A DNA stretch of 64,000 nucleotides from Candidatus Uhrbacteria bacterium (GCA_016188355.1 JACPHY010000001.1:111505-175504), one strand, 5' to 3'; counted from the first letter of the stretch, positions 28,040 through 38,242 are shown. Notes: a model not told the origin generated them from the sequence alone. Numbers and translations are program-made.

Positions 28040-29899
28040 CTGTCTACCGTTGATGAAATCAAAGCGAAGATCGATCTTGCGGATTACCTGCGTGAGCAAG
28101 GTATTCCGGTGAAGCCTGCGGGCACCAGCCTGAAGGCGTGTTGCCCGTTCCATGCAGAAAAATCGCCGTCGTTCATGGTGAATCGCGCGAAGCAGGTGTG
28201 GTACTGCTTCGGGTGTGGGAAGGGTGGCGATCTTTTGACCTTCGTGCAAGAGCGTGAGGGGTTAGAATTTGCGGAGGCGCTGAAACTGCTCGCGGAGCGT
28301 GCGGGCATTCGTTTGGAAGCGGCGGATCCGCGACTTGAGGGCAAGAAAACACGATTACTTGCGGTGCTGGAGGAGGCGGCTCGTTTTTTCGCGCGGCAAC
28401 TGCAGGAGGGAGCCTCGGGCGCGGGAGCGCGCGCGTACGTGGCACAGCGACGCATTGCGGAGGCGATGATGGAGCGATTTGTGCTCGGATATGCGCCCGA
28501 TGCTTGGGATGCGCTCGCAACGTTTTTGATGCAGCGTGGTTTCCATGCGCAGGAGATCGTGGATGCTGGCCTCGGCATTCCGAGTCGTCGCGATGGTCAG
28601 TCGGTAGGAGAGGAGCGCATCCTCTCGGGAACTCGACTTTATGATCGTTTCCGGCATCGGCTCATGTTCCCGATCCACGATGTACACGGACGCATCGTGG
28701 GGTTTACCGGCCGCATCCTGGAGGGCGGGACGACCGTGGGTCGCGGTGATCCGCCGGCAAAGTACGTGAACACGCCGGAGACGGCGCTCTATAAAAAAGG
28801 GGCACTGTGCTACGGACTCGCGTTTGCGAAAGAGGCGATGCGGAAGAAGGGTGCCGTCATTGTAGTCGAAGGCAATGTGGATGTGATCACCTCGCACGGT
28901 GCAGGATGGCCGCAGACCGTCGCGGTATCGGGGACCGCATTGACGCCGGAGCAGTTACGGCTCTTGAAGCGATATGCAAGCACCATCCTCCTCGCGTTTG
29001 ATGCTGACCCCGCAGGGGCGGGCGCGGCGGAGCGTGGTATCGACGCAGCATTGGATGCGGGATTTGATGTGCGCATGATTCGGATGCCCACCGATGCAAC
29101 GGGGCAGGCAATTGCGAAAGACCCGGATGAGTGCATTCAGCGGGATCGTGCGGCATGGGAGCGTGCGGTCGCGAATCCGGTGCCGGTGTTGGATGAATAT
29201 CTCGCGCGCATCCGATCGCGATTTAACCTCCGAGTGCCCACCGAACAGCGGACGGCGGGGCAGATTATTGTGGGACACCTGGTGCATGTGGTGGATCCGA
29301 TTGAGCGCGCGGCGTGGGTGCGTCGATCGGCGGAGCTGTTGGGGGTGGGGGAATCGGCTATTCAGGAGGCGCTGCGGAAGCAGGTGCAGGGAATCACTGC
29401 CCCGGCAGCAGCTCCATCGCGTGCACCGGCGGCCGTGCTTTCCCAAGCAGACCCATTCGAGCGGCTCGGGAACCGACTCCTCGCGCTCCTCCTTCGTGCT
29501 CCAGGGGTATTTGCCCAGATTCGTTCGGTGCTCCAGGCGGAGGCATTCCCGACGTTGCCGCAGCGGGAGTTGTACAACCGGTTGGGAATCGAGTACACTC
29601 CACAGGAGAACGGAACGGCGAATGTTTCGGCATCCGAATTATCCACCGATGCCTACGTTGAGCGATTACAGCTCTTCGCCGACCGAGAGTTTGGGGATTT
29701 GGATGATGCGGAATTAATGCGCGAGGGGGAGCGCTGTGCTCGGACCCTGCAGCGGGAGCACGTGACGCGAGAACTTCGCGCGATTGCGGATGAATTGCGT
29801 TTGCTCGAGGGCGCGCGAGATCCTGCCGCTGCGGCACGTCTCGCAGATCTTGAGCGTCGGTTTCAGGTTCTGACGCACATACTTGCAACGTTTTCGTAG
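28040..29899 (+). CDS. dnaG: DNA primase (probable CTG start)
   Basis: (M)STVDEIKAKIDL, CPFHAEKSPSF, CFGC, DRFRHRLMFPI, KYVNTPET, Toprim VEG.VD and AFDAD.AG. Confidence 0.95.
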   Translation: MSTVDEIKAKIDLADYLREQGIPVKPAGTSLKACCPFHAEKSPSFMVNRAKQVWYCFGCGKGGDLLTFVQEREGLEFAEALKLLAERAGIRLEAADPRLEGKKTRLLAVLEEAARFFARQLQEGASGAGARAYVAQRRIAEAMMERFVLGYAPDAWDALATFLMQRGFHAQEIVDAGLGIPSRRDGQSVGEERILSGTRLYDRFRHRLMFPIHDVHGRIVGFTGRILEGGTTVGRGDPPAKYVNTPETALYKKGALCYGLAFAKEAMRKKGAVIVVEGNVDVITSHGAGWPQTVAVSGTALTPEQLRLLKRYASTILLAFDADPAGAGAAERGIDAALDAGFDVRMIRMPTDATGQAIAKDPDECIQRDRAAWERAVANPVPVLDEYLARIRSRFNLRVPTEQRTAGQIIVGHLVHVVDPIERAAWVRRSAELLGVGESAIQEALRKQVQGITAPAAAPSRAPAAVLSQADPFERLGNRLLALLLRAPGVFAQIRSVLQAEAFPTLPQRELYNRLGIEYTPQENGTANVSASELSTDAYVERLQLFADREFGDLDDAELMREGERCARTLQREHVTRELRAIADELRLLEGARDPAAAARLADLERRFQVLTHILATFS

Positions 29900-29983
29900 G
29901 GATCTGCTCCTCATCAGCGCCAACGCTGACGGGGATTGCTTGCTTTCTTCTGTGTGACCGCGTACCAGTGAAGCGCTTGTGCT

Positions 29984-31288
29984 ATGGCGAACAAAAAACA
30001 TGCAGCAGGGAAGCGGGGGCAGGTGCATCGGGCGCGGCCACCCGTTCGGGCGGCGGCACCGAAGAAATCTCCGCAAAAGCACAAGAAGGTGAAGGTGGCC
30101 GCAAAGCCGAAGACGGTGATGCGTGCGTCGCCCCCGCGGCCCGTACCGCAGCGAGCGGGTCATGCCGGGCAGCTGAGCACCGCCCCACGGGTGCCGGTGG
30201 AGCCGCCGATCGCGGCGCGAGAACTCCTGTACCAAAAAGGACAGGTACGGGGTTTCGTGACCGAAATGGAGATCCTCTACGCCTTTGCGGAATTTGAGGA
30301 GTATTTAGAATTTTTGGAAGACGTCCTCGACACGCTCCAGGATCGCGGAGTGCAAATCGTGGAGACGGGCGGGGAGATGCTGGGGAAGCGCGAGGAGCAT
30401 CAGGTGCTCCTCGGAAAACCAAAGGATGCGAAATCACGCGAGAAATCCTACGAAATCCCGGAACTTACCGCGGATTCGATTCAGATGTATCTCCGCGAGA
30501 TTGGTCGCGTCCCGCTCCTCACGCCGAAGGAGGAAATTCTCCTTGCGAAACGGAAGGATCGACAGGACCGGGAAGCCGTGAAGAAGCTCATCGAGGCGAA
30601 CCTCCGTCTCGTGGTTTCCATTGCGAAGAAATTCGTCGGGAAGCAGCTCTCGCTCCTCGACCTCATTCAGGAGGGGAACATCGGTCTCTTCCGCGCCGTG
30701 GAAAAGTTCGATTACAAGAAGGGATACAAATTCTCCACGTACGCGACCTGGTGGATTCGCCAGGCGATCACCCGAGCGCTCGCCGATCAGTCTCGCACCA
30801 TCCGTATTCCGGTGCACATGGTGGAGACGATCAATAAGTTTCAGCAGATCGAGCGTCGCCTGATCCAAGACCTTGGTCGTGAACCACTCCCCGAAGAAAT
30901 CGCCGCGGAAATGGGAGAGCAGGTCGACAAGATCAATCACATCATCAAGATTTCGCAGGACACGGTGTCCCTCGAAACCTCGGTCGGTGAGAGCGATGAA
31001 GATTCCACGCTCCAGGATTTCATCGAGGACGTCCGTTCCGTCACCCCAGATCGCGCCGCGGCGCTCCAGTTGCTCCGCGATTACGTGAAGGACATCATCA
31101 AGGACCTCTCACCCCGCGAGCAGAAAATTCTCGACATGCGGTTCGGCCTCACGGACGGCGTCCCGCACACGCTCGAGGAAGTGGGTCGCGAGTTCGATGT
31201 CACCCGTGAGCGTATCCGCCAGATCGAGGCCAAAGCCCTCGAGCGCATCCAGGGATCCCATGCGGTCGAGAAGCTGCGGGATTACTAG
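29984..31288 (+). CDS. rpoD: Primary RNA polymerase sigma factor
   Basis: [65 protein letters not shown]. Lys/Ala/Pro-rich N-terminal extension. Confidence 0.97.
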   Translation: MANKKHAAGKRGQVHRARPPVRAAAPKKSPQKHKKVKVAAKPKTVMRASPPRPVPQRAGHAGQLSTAPRVPVEPPIAARELLYQKGQVRGFVTEMEILYAFAEFEEYLEFLEDVLDTLQDRGVQIVETGGEMLGKREEHQVLLGKPKDAKSREKSYEIPELTADSIQMYLREIGRVPLLTPKEEILLAKRKDRQDREAVKKLIEANLRLVVSIAKKFVGKQLSLLDLIQEGNIGLFRAVEKFDYKKGYKFSTYATWWIRQAITRALADQSRTIRIPVHMVETINKFQQIERRLIQDLGREPLPEEIAAEMGEQVDKINHIIKISQDTVSLETSVGESDEDSTLQDFIEDVRSVTPDRAAALQLLRDYVKDIIKDLSPREQKILDMRFGLTDGVPHTLEEVGREFDVTRERIRQIEAKALERIQGSHAVEKLRDY

Positions 31289-31500
31289 CTCCTGATCGTC
31301 GCATTGCTGTAGTTCCGGGAATGTGCTCCGTTAGGTATTCGGGGTTGCATATCTCGTCCTCTGATGGTTCCCGGAACTTGCACAGCATGGTTTCCTATGT
31401 GCACACTGTCATCGTGAGCGAGCAGCGGCTGTCGCCCACTTGGAGTGTAGCCAATGATGAGCGCTGCTCGCCAGCAATACAAGCAAATGGAAGGCAATGA

Positions 31501-31575
31501 TCCGGGGTAGCTCAACGGTAGAGCATCTCGCTGTTAACGAGATGGTTCTGGGTTCGAATCCCAGCCCCGGAGCCA
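31501..31575 (+). tRNA. tRNA-Asn(GTT)
   Basis: Acceptor TCCGGGG/CCCCGGA, anticodon arm TCTCG-CTGTTAA-CGAGA, GGTTCGAATCC, CCA. Confidence 0.97.
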
Positions 31576-31609
31576 TGAGTGGCAGTGTCTGACAACCCAG
31601 ATGCTGCCA

Positions 31610-31645
31610 GTCAAAAGACCGCCACGCGAGTGGTGGTCTTTTGAC
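31610..31645. terminator. Terminator hairpin after tRNA-Asn
   Basis: GTCAAAAGACCGCCAC / GTGGTGGTCTTTTGAC. Confidence 0.75.
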
Positions 31646-31682
31646 TTTCCAATGATCCCTTTTCCGTTTGGATGGGACATTG

Positions 31683-32222
31683 TCATTGCCCGTCCAGTTC
31701 GTTCATCAGCGATTCATTATTACTGCCAAATCCCATCTCCCAGAGATCGTGACCCCTTCTCCACACTTTCCAGCCGCCGAGCCATTTTGTATTCCATACC
31801 TGATCGGCAGTAAGTTGCCCTACAAAGGGGACTCCATCGGGCATCGAAGGGTCGAGCCGATACCATACATCGCCCAGCCGCACTTCGACGATGGTATGTG
31901 TTTTCGCGTGATCCAGTGAGCGTAGCTTGACCAGGTATCCATCGATTCCCATCGATTTGCAAAGAGCGAGATAAACGAGTGCCAAGTCCGAGCAGGACCT
32001 ACCCGCGTAGACGTAGCCGTCTCCGATGATTTCTGAAGCCGTTCTCTTCCACTGGACGCTGTCGGCGTGCGCTTTCGTCTCGCCATTGTACGGGCGGAAT
32101 TCGAGCTTTCCTCGGATTTTTTTCCTCAGCAATACGAGATCATCTGCGGTTTCGATGCGCATGCCGTGCAGGAAATTAGTAATCCGTTGGTCTACTTCTG
32201 TTTGGGATTTCTTCTCCTCCAT
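31683..32222 (-). CDS. Transglutaminase-like (Cys-His-Asp) protein
   Basis: RTASEII, GRSCSDLA..Y.AL, HT.VEV, WYRLDPS. Lower GC than the flanks. Confidence 0.75.
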   Translation of the reverse strand: MEEKKSQTEVDQRITNFLHGMRIETADDLVLLRKKIRGKLEFRPYNGETKAHADSVQWKRTASEIIGDGYVYAGRSCSDLALVYLALCKSMGIDGYLVKLRSLDHAKTHTIVEVRLGDVWYRLDPSMPDGVPFVGQLTADQVWNTKWLGGWKVWRRGHDLWEMGFGSNNESLMNELDGQ

Positions 32223-32330
32223 ATTAAATCCATTTTACATCGCAGCTCGAGCATTCACGAAACACGAAACGAATAACGAATGGTCGAATGGTGGGGTCGG
32301 CCACACTTTCATCTACCTGCGGTCAAAGAA

Positions 32331-32363
32331 AAACGAGCATTCCCCGCGGGGGAGTGCTCGTTT
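32331..32363 (-). terminator. Terminator of the large - strand gene
   Basis: AAACGAGCATTCCC / GGGAGTGCTCGTTT with an A-tract on the left (U-tract on the - strand). Confidence 0.65.
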
Positions 32364-32409
32364 CGTGGTCGAAGGTGCGATGGGATTCCGAGGTCTATTG
32401 ACTTACGCG

Positions 32410-34839
32410 TTAGTGTGGTGCGGCCGGTGCGACGCGGTTCGGTCCTGTGAGGTCCGCCGTGAGTGCTCGCGCCTGCTCCGCGAGGAACGTGAGTGCTGCA
32501 TCGCCGAGCACCGTTGCTTCCGTCGAGCGCCACGCCTGCGCCGTTCTATGGGGATCGGTGATGATACCTGCCTCCACGAGGGGATTGAGGACGTGCTCCG
32601 TGAGGGCATCCATGGGGTCGTGGATGTTCCAGCAGAAGATGAAGCATCGTTCCTCTATGGGAGGAAGTCCGTGGTCGGTGCCGGGGCGTTCCCACACACC
32701 ATCCTTGGTCGCCTCGACGAGGTGGGCGCGGTTACCGCGGATGCGGATGAGGAGTTGCGTCGCATGCGCCAGGACCTCCATGCCGAGTTCCGGGCGTTTT
32801 CTCGTCCAGGCGCGAATTCCGGAGCGGAGCGCGATGAACTGCCAGCGAATGTTGCCAGGATCTGTTGCCGCAACCGCTGCGACCTCGCGGTAGTTTCGGA
32901 GGTTCACGTCGAAGGCATCCTCGTCCTCGCGCCGCTCGGAACGCTCGCGGAGTCGGTGTTCCTCCCATGCCATGATGACGCGGGGATCCTTCGCGTGGAG
33001 TTGTGTCGCCTTCTGGAGGCAGATACGTGCGAGGGAGGTCGCTTGTGCTTCGCGCCCCGCCAATCCATCCATAGAGTACATAGAGTAGGACTCGCTTGCG
33101 TGCGCGCCGAAGTACGTACTGAGCGCGAGCAGTGTGGTGAGATCCGGCATGGCATGGGCCGCCTGCACACGGCGGTAGAGTGCGAGTGCGCGGTCGGCGG
33201 TGAGCTGCTCCCCGTCGGCGAGGGACTCGTGGTTCGCGATACGCTGACGAATGTGATCCGAGAGGAAGGGAACCTGGGCGGCGATGTGGTCGCTTGGTCG
33301 AAGGCCCTTCCGTTCGATTTCCGCAACGAAGCGCATGCCCGTTGCATCGAAGAAGTCCCAGTTGCGGAGATCGGTGGTGAGGAGTTGGTCGATCATGTGA
33401 TCGTTCTCATCATGATCTTTGATTCCGTACGTGCGGAGCGCGCCGTGGAGGACGGTGCGGAGATCCGTGGTCTTGAGGTGGCCGGTGTGCCACGAGAGGA
33501 GGTCGCGCTCACCTCCGGCGCTCGCGAGGAGCGTGACCACCTCGACGATGGGCGGATATCCGAGCAGGCCGGCATCGTCGGACGTGCGCTGATGCCGCTC
33601 TTCGTTGTGATGGGCGGCGAGAATGGTGCGCGCGCGTTGCGTCGCGAATTCCGTGATGCCCTCGAGAAGGAGCTCGCGGAGTGCCGTCCGGGTGACGATG
33701 GTCTCGTGGTGCGAGTCGCCGAACGTGGGCCATGCCGGTCGCTCGATGCGTTCGATGGCCGCGCGATCCGCCTGCAGCATCGCGTGGTCGATTTCGTGTG
33801 CGATGGTTTCCGCGAAATCGCCGTACGCGAGCGTATCGTCGATGTCGATACGGACGATCGGTCGGCCGGTAACGGTGATCGTTCCCGCGGCCGTGTCGAT
33901 TGCCGCTTCGCGTTCCGTTTCCCCGAGGCGGTTCGCGTCGCCTCCGCGTTCGAGTTTGTAGGCCATGACGAATTGGGGGACTCGCGCGCGGAGGAGTCGC
34001 TCGGCGACGCCCGGGGTCTCGGTGCCGTAGTATGCGGCGATCGTTGCCACAAGGTAGTCGTCGAGTCGCTCTTGGAAGCGCCGTGCGTTCGCGAGGTACG
34101 CATCGCGTCGTTCGTGGAAGTCGCGATCCGGGAACCGTACGGTGCGGGGTGCGAGGATGGAGAAGTGGTCGGTGCCGTCCTCGCGGCTGAACGTCGTGAG
34201 CCGCGTCGCGGACGTCGCTTTTGCGATGACCGCGTCGAGTTCGGTCCGCGTTCCAGCGAGGTACGTGGGGTACCACGCGCGGAGTTTGGAGTCCTCGGCG
34301 ATCTGCGCACGTGTGCGGTCGAGGATTGCTGTGGCCTGGGCTCGATCGACGACGACGCGCGTTCGCGTGCTCTGGACGTGGAGGCGCACCGTGGGGTTCG
34401 CCGTGAGCCAGGCGTTGAAACTCTGTCGTGTGGCGGTGAGTACCCGTGTCTCCGCGGGTTTCCCCTGATGCTTCCGCAGCGTCGTCGTGAGGGCGGCGAG
34501 GTACGCATCGTTCGCCTGCTTCGCCGCGATCTCGAGGAGGTCGAGGACGTCGACTGTCGTTGATGCTTCGGGAATCTGATCCGGAACCGGGCAATGGGCG
34601 ATCGCCTCCGTGAGGAGGCCCACGATCATTGTGTGCGTCTCGGTCTCGCCGGGCTTTCCGTCGCACGTCGCGAGCAGCGCTGCCTCATCTCCGAACTGGA
34701 TGCCCGCCTCGCAGTGTTCGGCGCGCTCGAGGAGTCGTTGGACGTCCGTATGGGAGGGGGTGGTGGTTGCGGTCGATGCTGCGTTCACTGCAGCCGGGAC
34801 GAGCGTGAGCGTCGCTCCAACGAGGAATGCGATGTGCAT
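32410..34839 (-). CDS. Large secreted protein with zinc-metalloprotease motif
   Basis: Signal peptide (MHIAFLVGATLTLVPAAVNA), AHEIDH plus downstream LEGITE (gluzincin-like), GGAGG SD, high GC. Confidence 0.65.
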   Translation of the reverse strand: MHIAFLVGATLTLVPAAVNAASTATTTPSHTDVQRLLERAEHCEAGIQFGDEAALLATCDGKPGETETHTMIVGLLTEAIAHCPVPDQIPEASTTVDVLDLLEIAAKQANDAYLAALTTTLRKHQGKPAETRVLTATRQSFNAWLTANPTVRLHVQSTRTRVVVDRAQATAILDRTRAQIAEDSKLRAWYPTYLAGTRTELDAVIAKATSATRLTTFSREDGTDHFSILAPRTVRFPDRDFHERRDAYLANARRFQERLDDYLVATIAAYYGTETPGVAERLLRARVPQFVMAYKLERGGDANRLGETEREAAIDTAAGTITVTGRPIVRIDIDDTLAYGDFAETIAHEIDHAMLQADRAAIERIERPAWPTFGDSHHETIVTRTALRELLLEGITEFATQRARTILAAHHNEERHQRTSDDAGLLGYPPIVEVVTLLASAGGERDLLSWHTGHLKTTDLRTVLHGALRTYGIKDHDENDHMIDQLLTTDLRNWDFFDATGMRFVAEIERKGLRPSDHIAAQVPFLSDHIRQRIANHESLADGEQLTADRALALYRRVQAAHAMPDLTTLLALSTYFGAHASESYSMYSMDGLAGREAQATSLARICLQKATQLHAKDPRVIMAWEEHRLRERSERREDEDAFDVNLRNYREVAAVAATDPGNIRWQFIALRSGIRAWTRKRPELGMEVLAHATQLLIRIRGNRAHLVEATKDGVWERPGTDHGLPPIEERCFIFCWNIHDPMDALTEHVLNPLVEAGIITDPHRTAQAWRSTEATVLGDAALTFLAEQARALTADLTGPNRVAPAAPH

Positions 34840-35050
34840 GATTCGGCGACCTCCGTGATGGCGCCAGGGAATGGTGTACGTTGTGAAGGTCCGGTGTCTG
34901 ATCAATGCTATCGGGAGTGTAGAGGAAATTTCTCATAATGTCAATCATCACGGAGGGAATCCGGAAGTAATGGGTCAAGTCTAATTTTCATTTGCTGACC
35001 CTGCTGCGAAACTCCTTCGGGATTGGCATTCGCTGTGGGTAGTTCGAAAT

Positions 35051-35581
35051 ATGCTATACGAGGAAATCCAAAAACTCATCGATCCGTCCATTTGCGACAG
35101 TGAACAGACGCGAGTGCATTTTCTCAACAGGTTAGAAGAAGGAAATTTTACCAGAGACGAAAATCCGCAAACGCATTATTGCGCCTATTTTCTTCCCTAT
35201 CATCAGGCAAAGAAAAAAGTTTTTATCGTCCATCATAAAAAATCCGGCCTATGGATTTCTCCGGGTGGCCATATTGATAAAGGCGAGGGACTTCTCGAGA
35301 CCCTCAACAGAGAAATTGATGAGGAACTCGGAGTGCAAAATTTTTTTCGGGAGGCGCAATCTCCTTTTTTGCTCACCATCACCCCGATTGAAAATGCGGT
35401 TCAGCCCTGCAAAATGCACTACGATATTTGGTACGTCGCGCTTACGGATGGCGCCAATTTTGCCGTTGATCCAAAAGAATTTCATGAAACGAGGTGGCTG
35501 ACCATCAATGAGGCAGAGCAGATAGTGACGGATCCACCGAACAGAAAAGCGTTAGCAGTAATAAGGAAAAAGTACGAATAA
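35051..35581 (+). CDS. NUDIX hydrolase
   Basis: HHKKSGLWISPGGHIDKGE..ETLNREIDEELG, HYD. Markedly AT-rich. Confidence 0.9.
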   Translation: MLYEEIQKLIDPSICDSEQTRVHFLNRLEEGNFTRDENPQTHYCAYFLPYHQAKKKVFIVHHKKSGLWISPGGHIDKGEGLLETLNREIDEELGVQNFFREAQSPFLLTITPIENAVQPCKMHYDIWYVALTDGANFAVDPKEFHETRWLTINEAEQIVTDPPNRKALAVIRKKYE

Positions 35582-35622
35582 AAAACTGAAGCCGTGAACC
35601 AAATCCATTCGATGGCATGAAA

Positions 35623-35650
35623 CGCCCGCCCAGGAAATCCTGGGCGGGCG
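35623..35650. terminator. Hairpin between convergent genes
   Basis: CGCCCGCCCAGG / CCTGGGCGGGCG. Confidence 0.65.
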
Positions 35651-35675
35651 ATGGGTGACGATCGATGCGTGATGA

Positions 35676-37130
35676 CTACGGCGTCTTCACGTCCGTCTGC
35701 AGTGCTGCGGGCGGAAGCTCCCATTCTCCGCGGATCCAGTCGAAGAGATGGCCAGCGTCGAAGGCGGCGAGGAGCTGATTCGCGTGCTCGAGGAGATCAT
35801 TGCCCAGCTGTACGTTGTGGTACCAGAGCCGTTGCGTGCTCGGCACGCACCACGGAGGCATCCCATTTCCCGAATTGAAGTTGCGCAGCAGCTCCTTGTT
35901 GGTGCGCAGGAATTCGATCGTATCCCCGAGGAGCTCCGGGAAGAGCGGGAAAACGCCACTGTCCGAGAACCGACCGAGCACGAAGAAGTGCTTGCAGGAC
36001 CCCTGGAATCCGAGGACGTACGGGTCCACCGAACGAATCCAACGGATCGTCCTCCAGTCGCGGCCTGCCTCGGCGAGGTACGGCGTTGCGATGACCAGAT
36101 GGTCGAACTGCGGAAGCGCTTCCTGGATCAGGCGGAGGAGGTGGATGGGGATCATGTCGCCGCTGTACGCCTGGATGGGGCGATACCGACGATTGAACAT
36201 CTGGAACGTGTGCGCCCACCGATCATTTTCCGGGAAGAGGTTGCAGAAGAATTGCGTCGCATTGCTGACACTCCCCGGATCCGAGGAATCCATGGCACCG
36301 ATCGCGCGTTCCGCGTCCCTCGGATTCTTCATCGCGTGATACCACACGGGGCATGCCATGAAGAGATCCGGAAGGTAGCGGATCGGGATGAACGTGTTCG
36401 GCCGGACGAGCTGCTTGGTCCAGAGGTAGCCGAGTACGTTTCGGACTCCCGTGAACCTTCGGATTTCCTCCTCCGTTCGCTGCGCTTGCAGCCCCATGCC
36501 CATACCACGGAGATCCTCGACGACCGCTTTCGCTTTCGCGGTGAACGCCTCCTCGTCGACGCCCGCGATACCGTATCCAAGATCGAGGCCGGCGAGTTGA
36601 GGGAATTCCTCCCGAAGGTACTGCTCCAGGGCAGCGAGGACTTTGGGATCGTCCACGGAGAGGATGCTCGACTCGTCGCGCGGCTGCTGCGGGAGCGGAT
36701 CGTTTTCCGTCACCTGCGCCACCGTTTCGTGTGGCACGTCCTTCATGCGGGATCGCCAGGGATGTCCGGTGATCGGCGGCGCGATCGCGCACTCTCCTTG
36801 GTTCGTGCGCATGAGGCTGTGCATGTGGCTGAGGAGCGGGTCTCCGGCGGGCAGTGCTTCGGGTTCCACGAGTTCCATGGCACCATTCGCACGCCAGCAG
36901 TTGCTGCGCTTCCGATCCTCGATCACCGAGAAGGACACGACGGTCCCGACCGTCAATGGAACCGCGCAGTCATCCGAGTGCAGGAAGACATCCTCTTTGC
37001 CGAGGTCCGTGACGGGTGCGCCTTCCTCCGTGAGGATGGACGCGCGGGAAATCCACGCGAATGCTCCACCATCGTTGCGATGGACCGATCCGATGCGTCC
37101 GGTGTACCGTTTCATGCCGTTGGCTGCCAT
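35676..37130 (-). CDS. Hypothetical protein with N-terminal cold-shock-like OB domain
   Basis: YTGRI..., GAFAWI, DVFLH, L.VGTVVSFSV..D...WRA (CSD-like RNP1/RNP2). GGAGG SD. Confidence 0.7.
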   Translation of the reverse strand: MAANGMKRYTGRIGSVHRNDGGAFAWISRASILTEEGAPVTDLGKEDVFLHSDDCAVPLTVGTVVSFSVIEDRKRSNCWRANGAMELVEPEALPAGDPLLSHMHSLMRTNQGECAIAPPITGHPWRSRMKDVPHETVAQVTENDPLPQQPRDESSILSVDDPKVLAALEQYLREEFPQLAGLDLGYGIAGVDEEAFTAKAKAVVEDLRGMGMGLQAQRTEEEIRRFTGVRNVLGYLWTKQLVRPNTFIPIRYLPDLFMACPVWYHAMKNPRDAERAIGAMDSSDPGSVSNATQFFCNLFPENDRWAHTFQMFNRRYRPIQAYSGDMIPIHLLRLIQEALPQFDHLVIATPYLAEAGRDWRTIRWIRSVDPYVLGFQGSCKHFFVLGRFSDSGVFPLFPELLGDTIEFLRTNKELLRNFNSGNGMPPWCVPSTQRLWYHNVQLGNDLLEHANQLLAAFDAGHLFDWIRGEWELPPAALQTDVKTP

Positions 37131-37388
37131 GGGCAGCACCTCCAGTCAGTCAGCCGCGTCAGTCAGGTTGCGGCTCTTTGGAAAAGAACGCGGTCATCTT
37201 TCCGCAGAGCCTCCGCGCATCGATCGTGTCGACATGCGGAGGACTGCGGAAATAGGGGAATGGGGTACTCTAGCATCTCCGGTGCCCTTGTCAAACCCTA
37301 GACGACGCAATGCGATTCCCGTATCGTGTGCATGATCGTGGGTGGGGGGGCTTGCACCTTTGATGTGCGTCGAGAAAGGAGTACTGCG

Positions 37389-37634
37389 ATGACCTGGTGG
37401 CGGATGCAACCGTTTCGGCTTATCGGCACGGGTTCGTGGCTTGGCGGCGTTTGTACGGGATTCGCCTACGCGCTGGGCGTGCCGGTGTGGTCGGTTCGCC
37501 TCATCTGGGGAGCGTCATTGCTCTTTCTGGGGGTCGGAATGATTCCCTACGTTGCGCTCTGGATCCTCGCCCCGGATTGGGAGGTCGATCCGCCCGATTT
37601 TTACGAGCGAACGGGCGGGGTATCCACCGAGTAG
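37389..37634 (+). CDS. PspC domain protein
   Basis: WLGGVCTGFAYALGVPVWSVRL...YVALWILAP. Confidence 0.85.
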   Translation: MTWWRMQPFRLIGTGSWLGGVCTGFAYALGVPVWSVRLIWGASLLFLGVGMIPYVALWILAPDWEVDPPDFYERTGGVSTE

Positions 37635-37684
37635 ATCGTGCGTCCGTGGTATTCTAGAGAGGCAAGCGATTTACTCGTGGTCGT

Positions 37685-38137
37685 ATGTCCCATCGATTCT
37701 GGCGGCGACTTTGTATCGGTGCGTGTGTCGCACTGGTGTTGGGGTTTGTGGTGTGGGTTGGTGTGCGTGAGGAGCAGTCGCCACAGCGCCGGTTCGATGT
37801 GACCGTAGCGATCATTGCGTCGCCCGCGCAGATCATCGCGGAATCGCCCGTGTCGTGGACATGGGATGTACGCGCGCCGGTCGGGGCGATGGCATCGCGC
37901 AGTGGTATTCGTTGGGGAGCGATTGCACATCCAGGGGAGTGGACAGCGGAGGTGACCCCAGAGCGTTCCGGGTACCCCAAAGTGCTGGTGGAGGAATCGG
38001 CGGCCCCCGTGGCGTTGCCGATGCGGTGGACCAAGGTCGGGACGTTGCCCCTCCCCGGAACCTACTCTCTCCGGGCGTACGCGGTCGTTGATGGTGTCCC
38101 GTATTGGTCGCCGGAGTACGGGGTCACCGTGGAGTGA
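37685..38137 (+). CDS. Hypothetical membrane-anchored beta-rich protein
   Basis: N-terminal TM helix, C-terminal PGTYSLRAYAVVDG..YWSPEY. Confidence 0.7.
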   Translation: MSHRFWRRLCIGACVALVLGFVVWVGVREEQSPQRRFDVTVAIIASPAQIIAESPVSWTWDVRAPVGAMASRSGIRWGAIAHPGEWTAEVTPERSGYPKVLVEESAAPVALPMRWTKVGTLPLPGTYSLRAYAVVDGVPYWSPEYGVTVE

Positions 38138-38242
38138 ATGCGGTGCGCGCATGGGAATGCCCGTGCGCGTTTTGTTGTCGCGTGTTGACAGTGCAGCGTC
38201 GATACGATACGGTGCCCTCTGTTCTTTCCGGGAGGTGGGCGC

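Noticed and set aside
22904-31575. Prophage or integrative element at tRNA-Ser or tRNA-Asn
   Set aside because: I found no integrase, phage genes or duplicated tRNA 3' end in the window.
32026-34563. 845-aa + strand ORF
   Set aside because: Antisense shadow of the - strand gene, which has a signal peptide, SD and HEXXH motif. High GC suppresses stop codons.
35748-37301. 517-aa + strand ORF
   Set aside because: Antisense shadow of the CSD-like gene 35676-37130.
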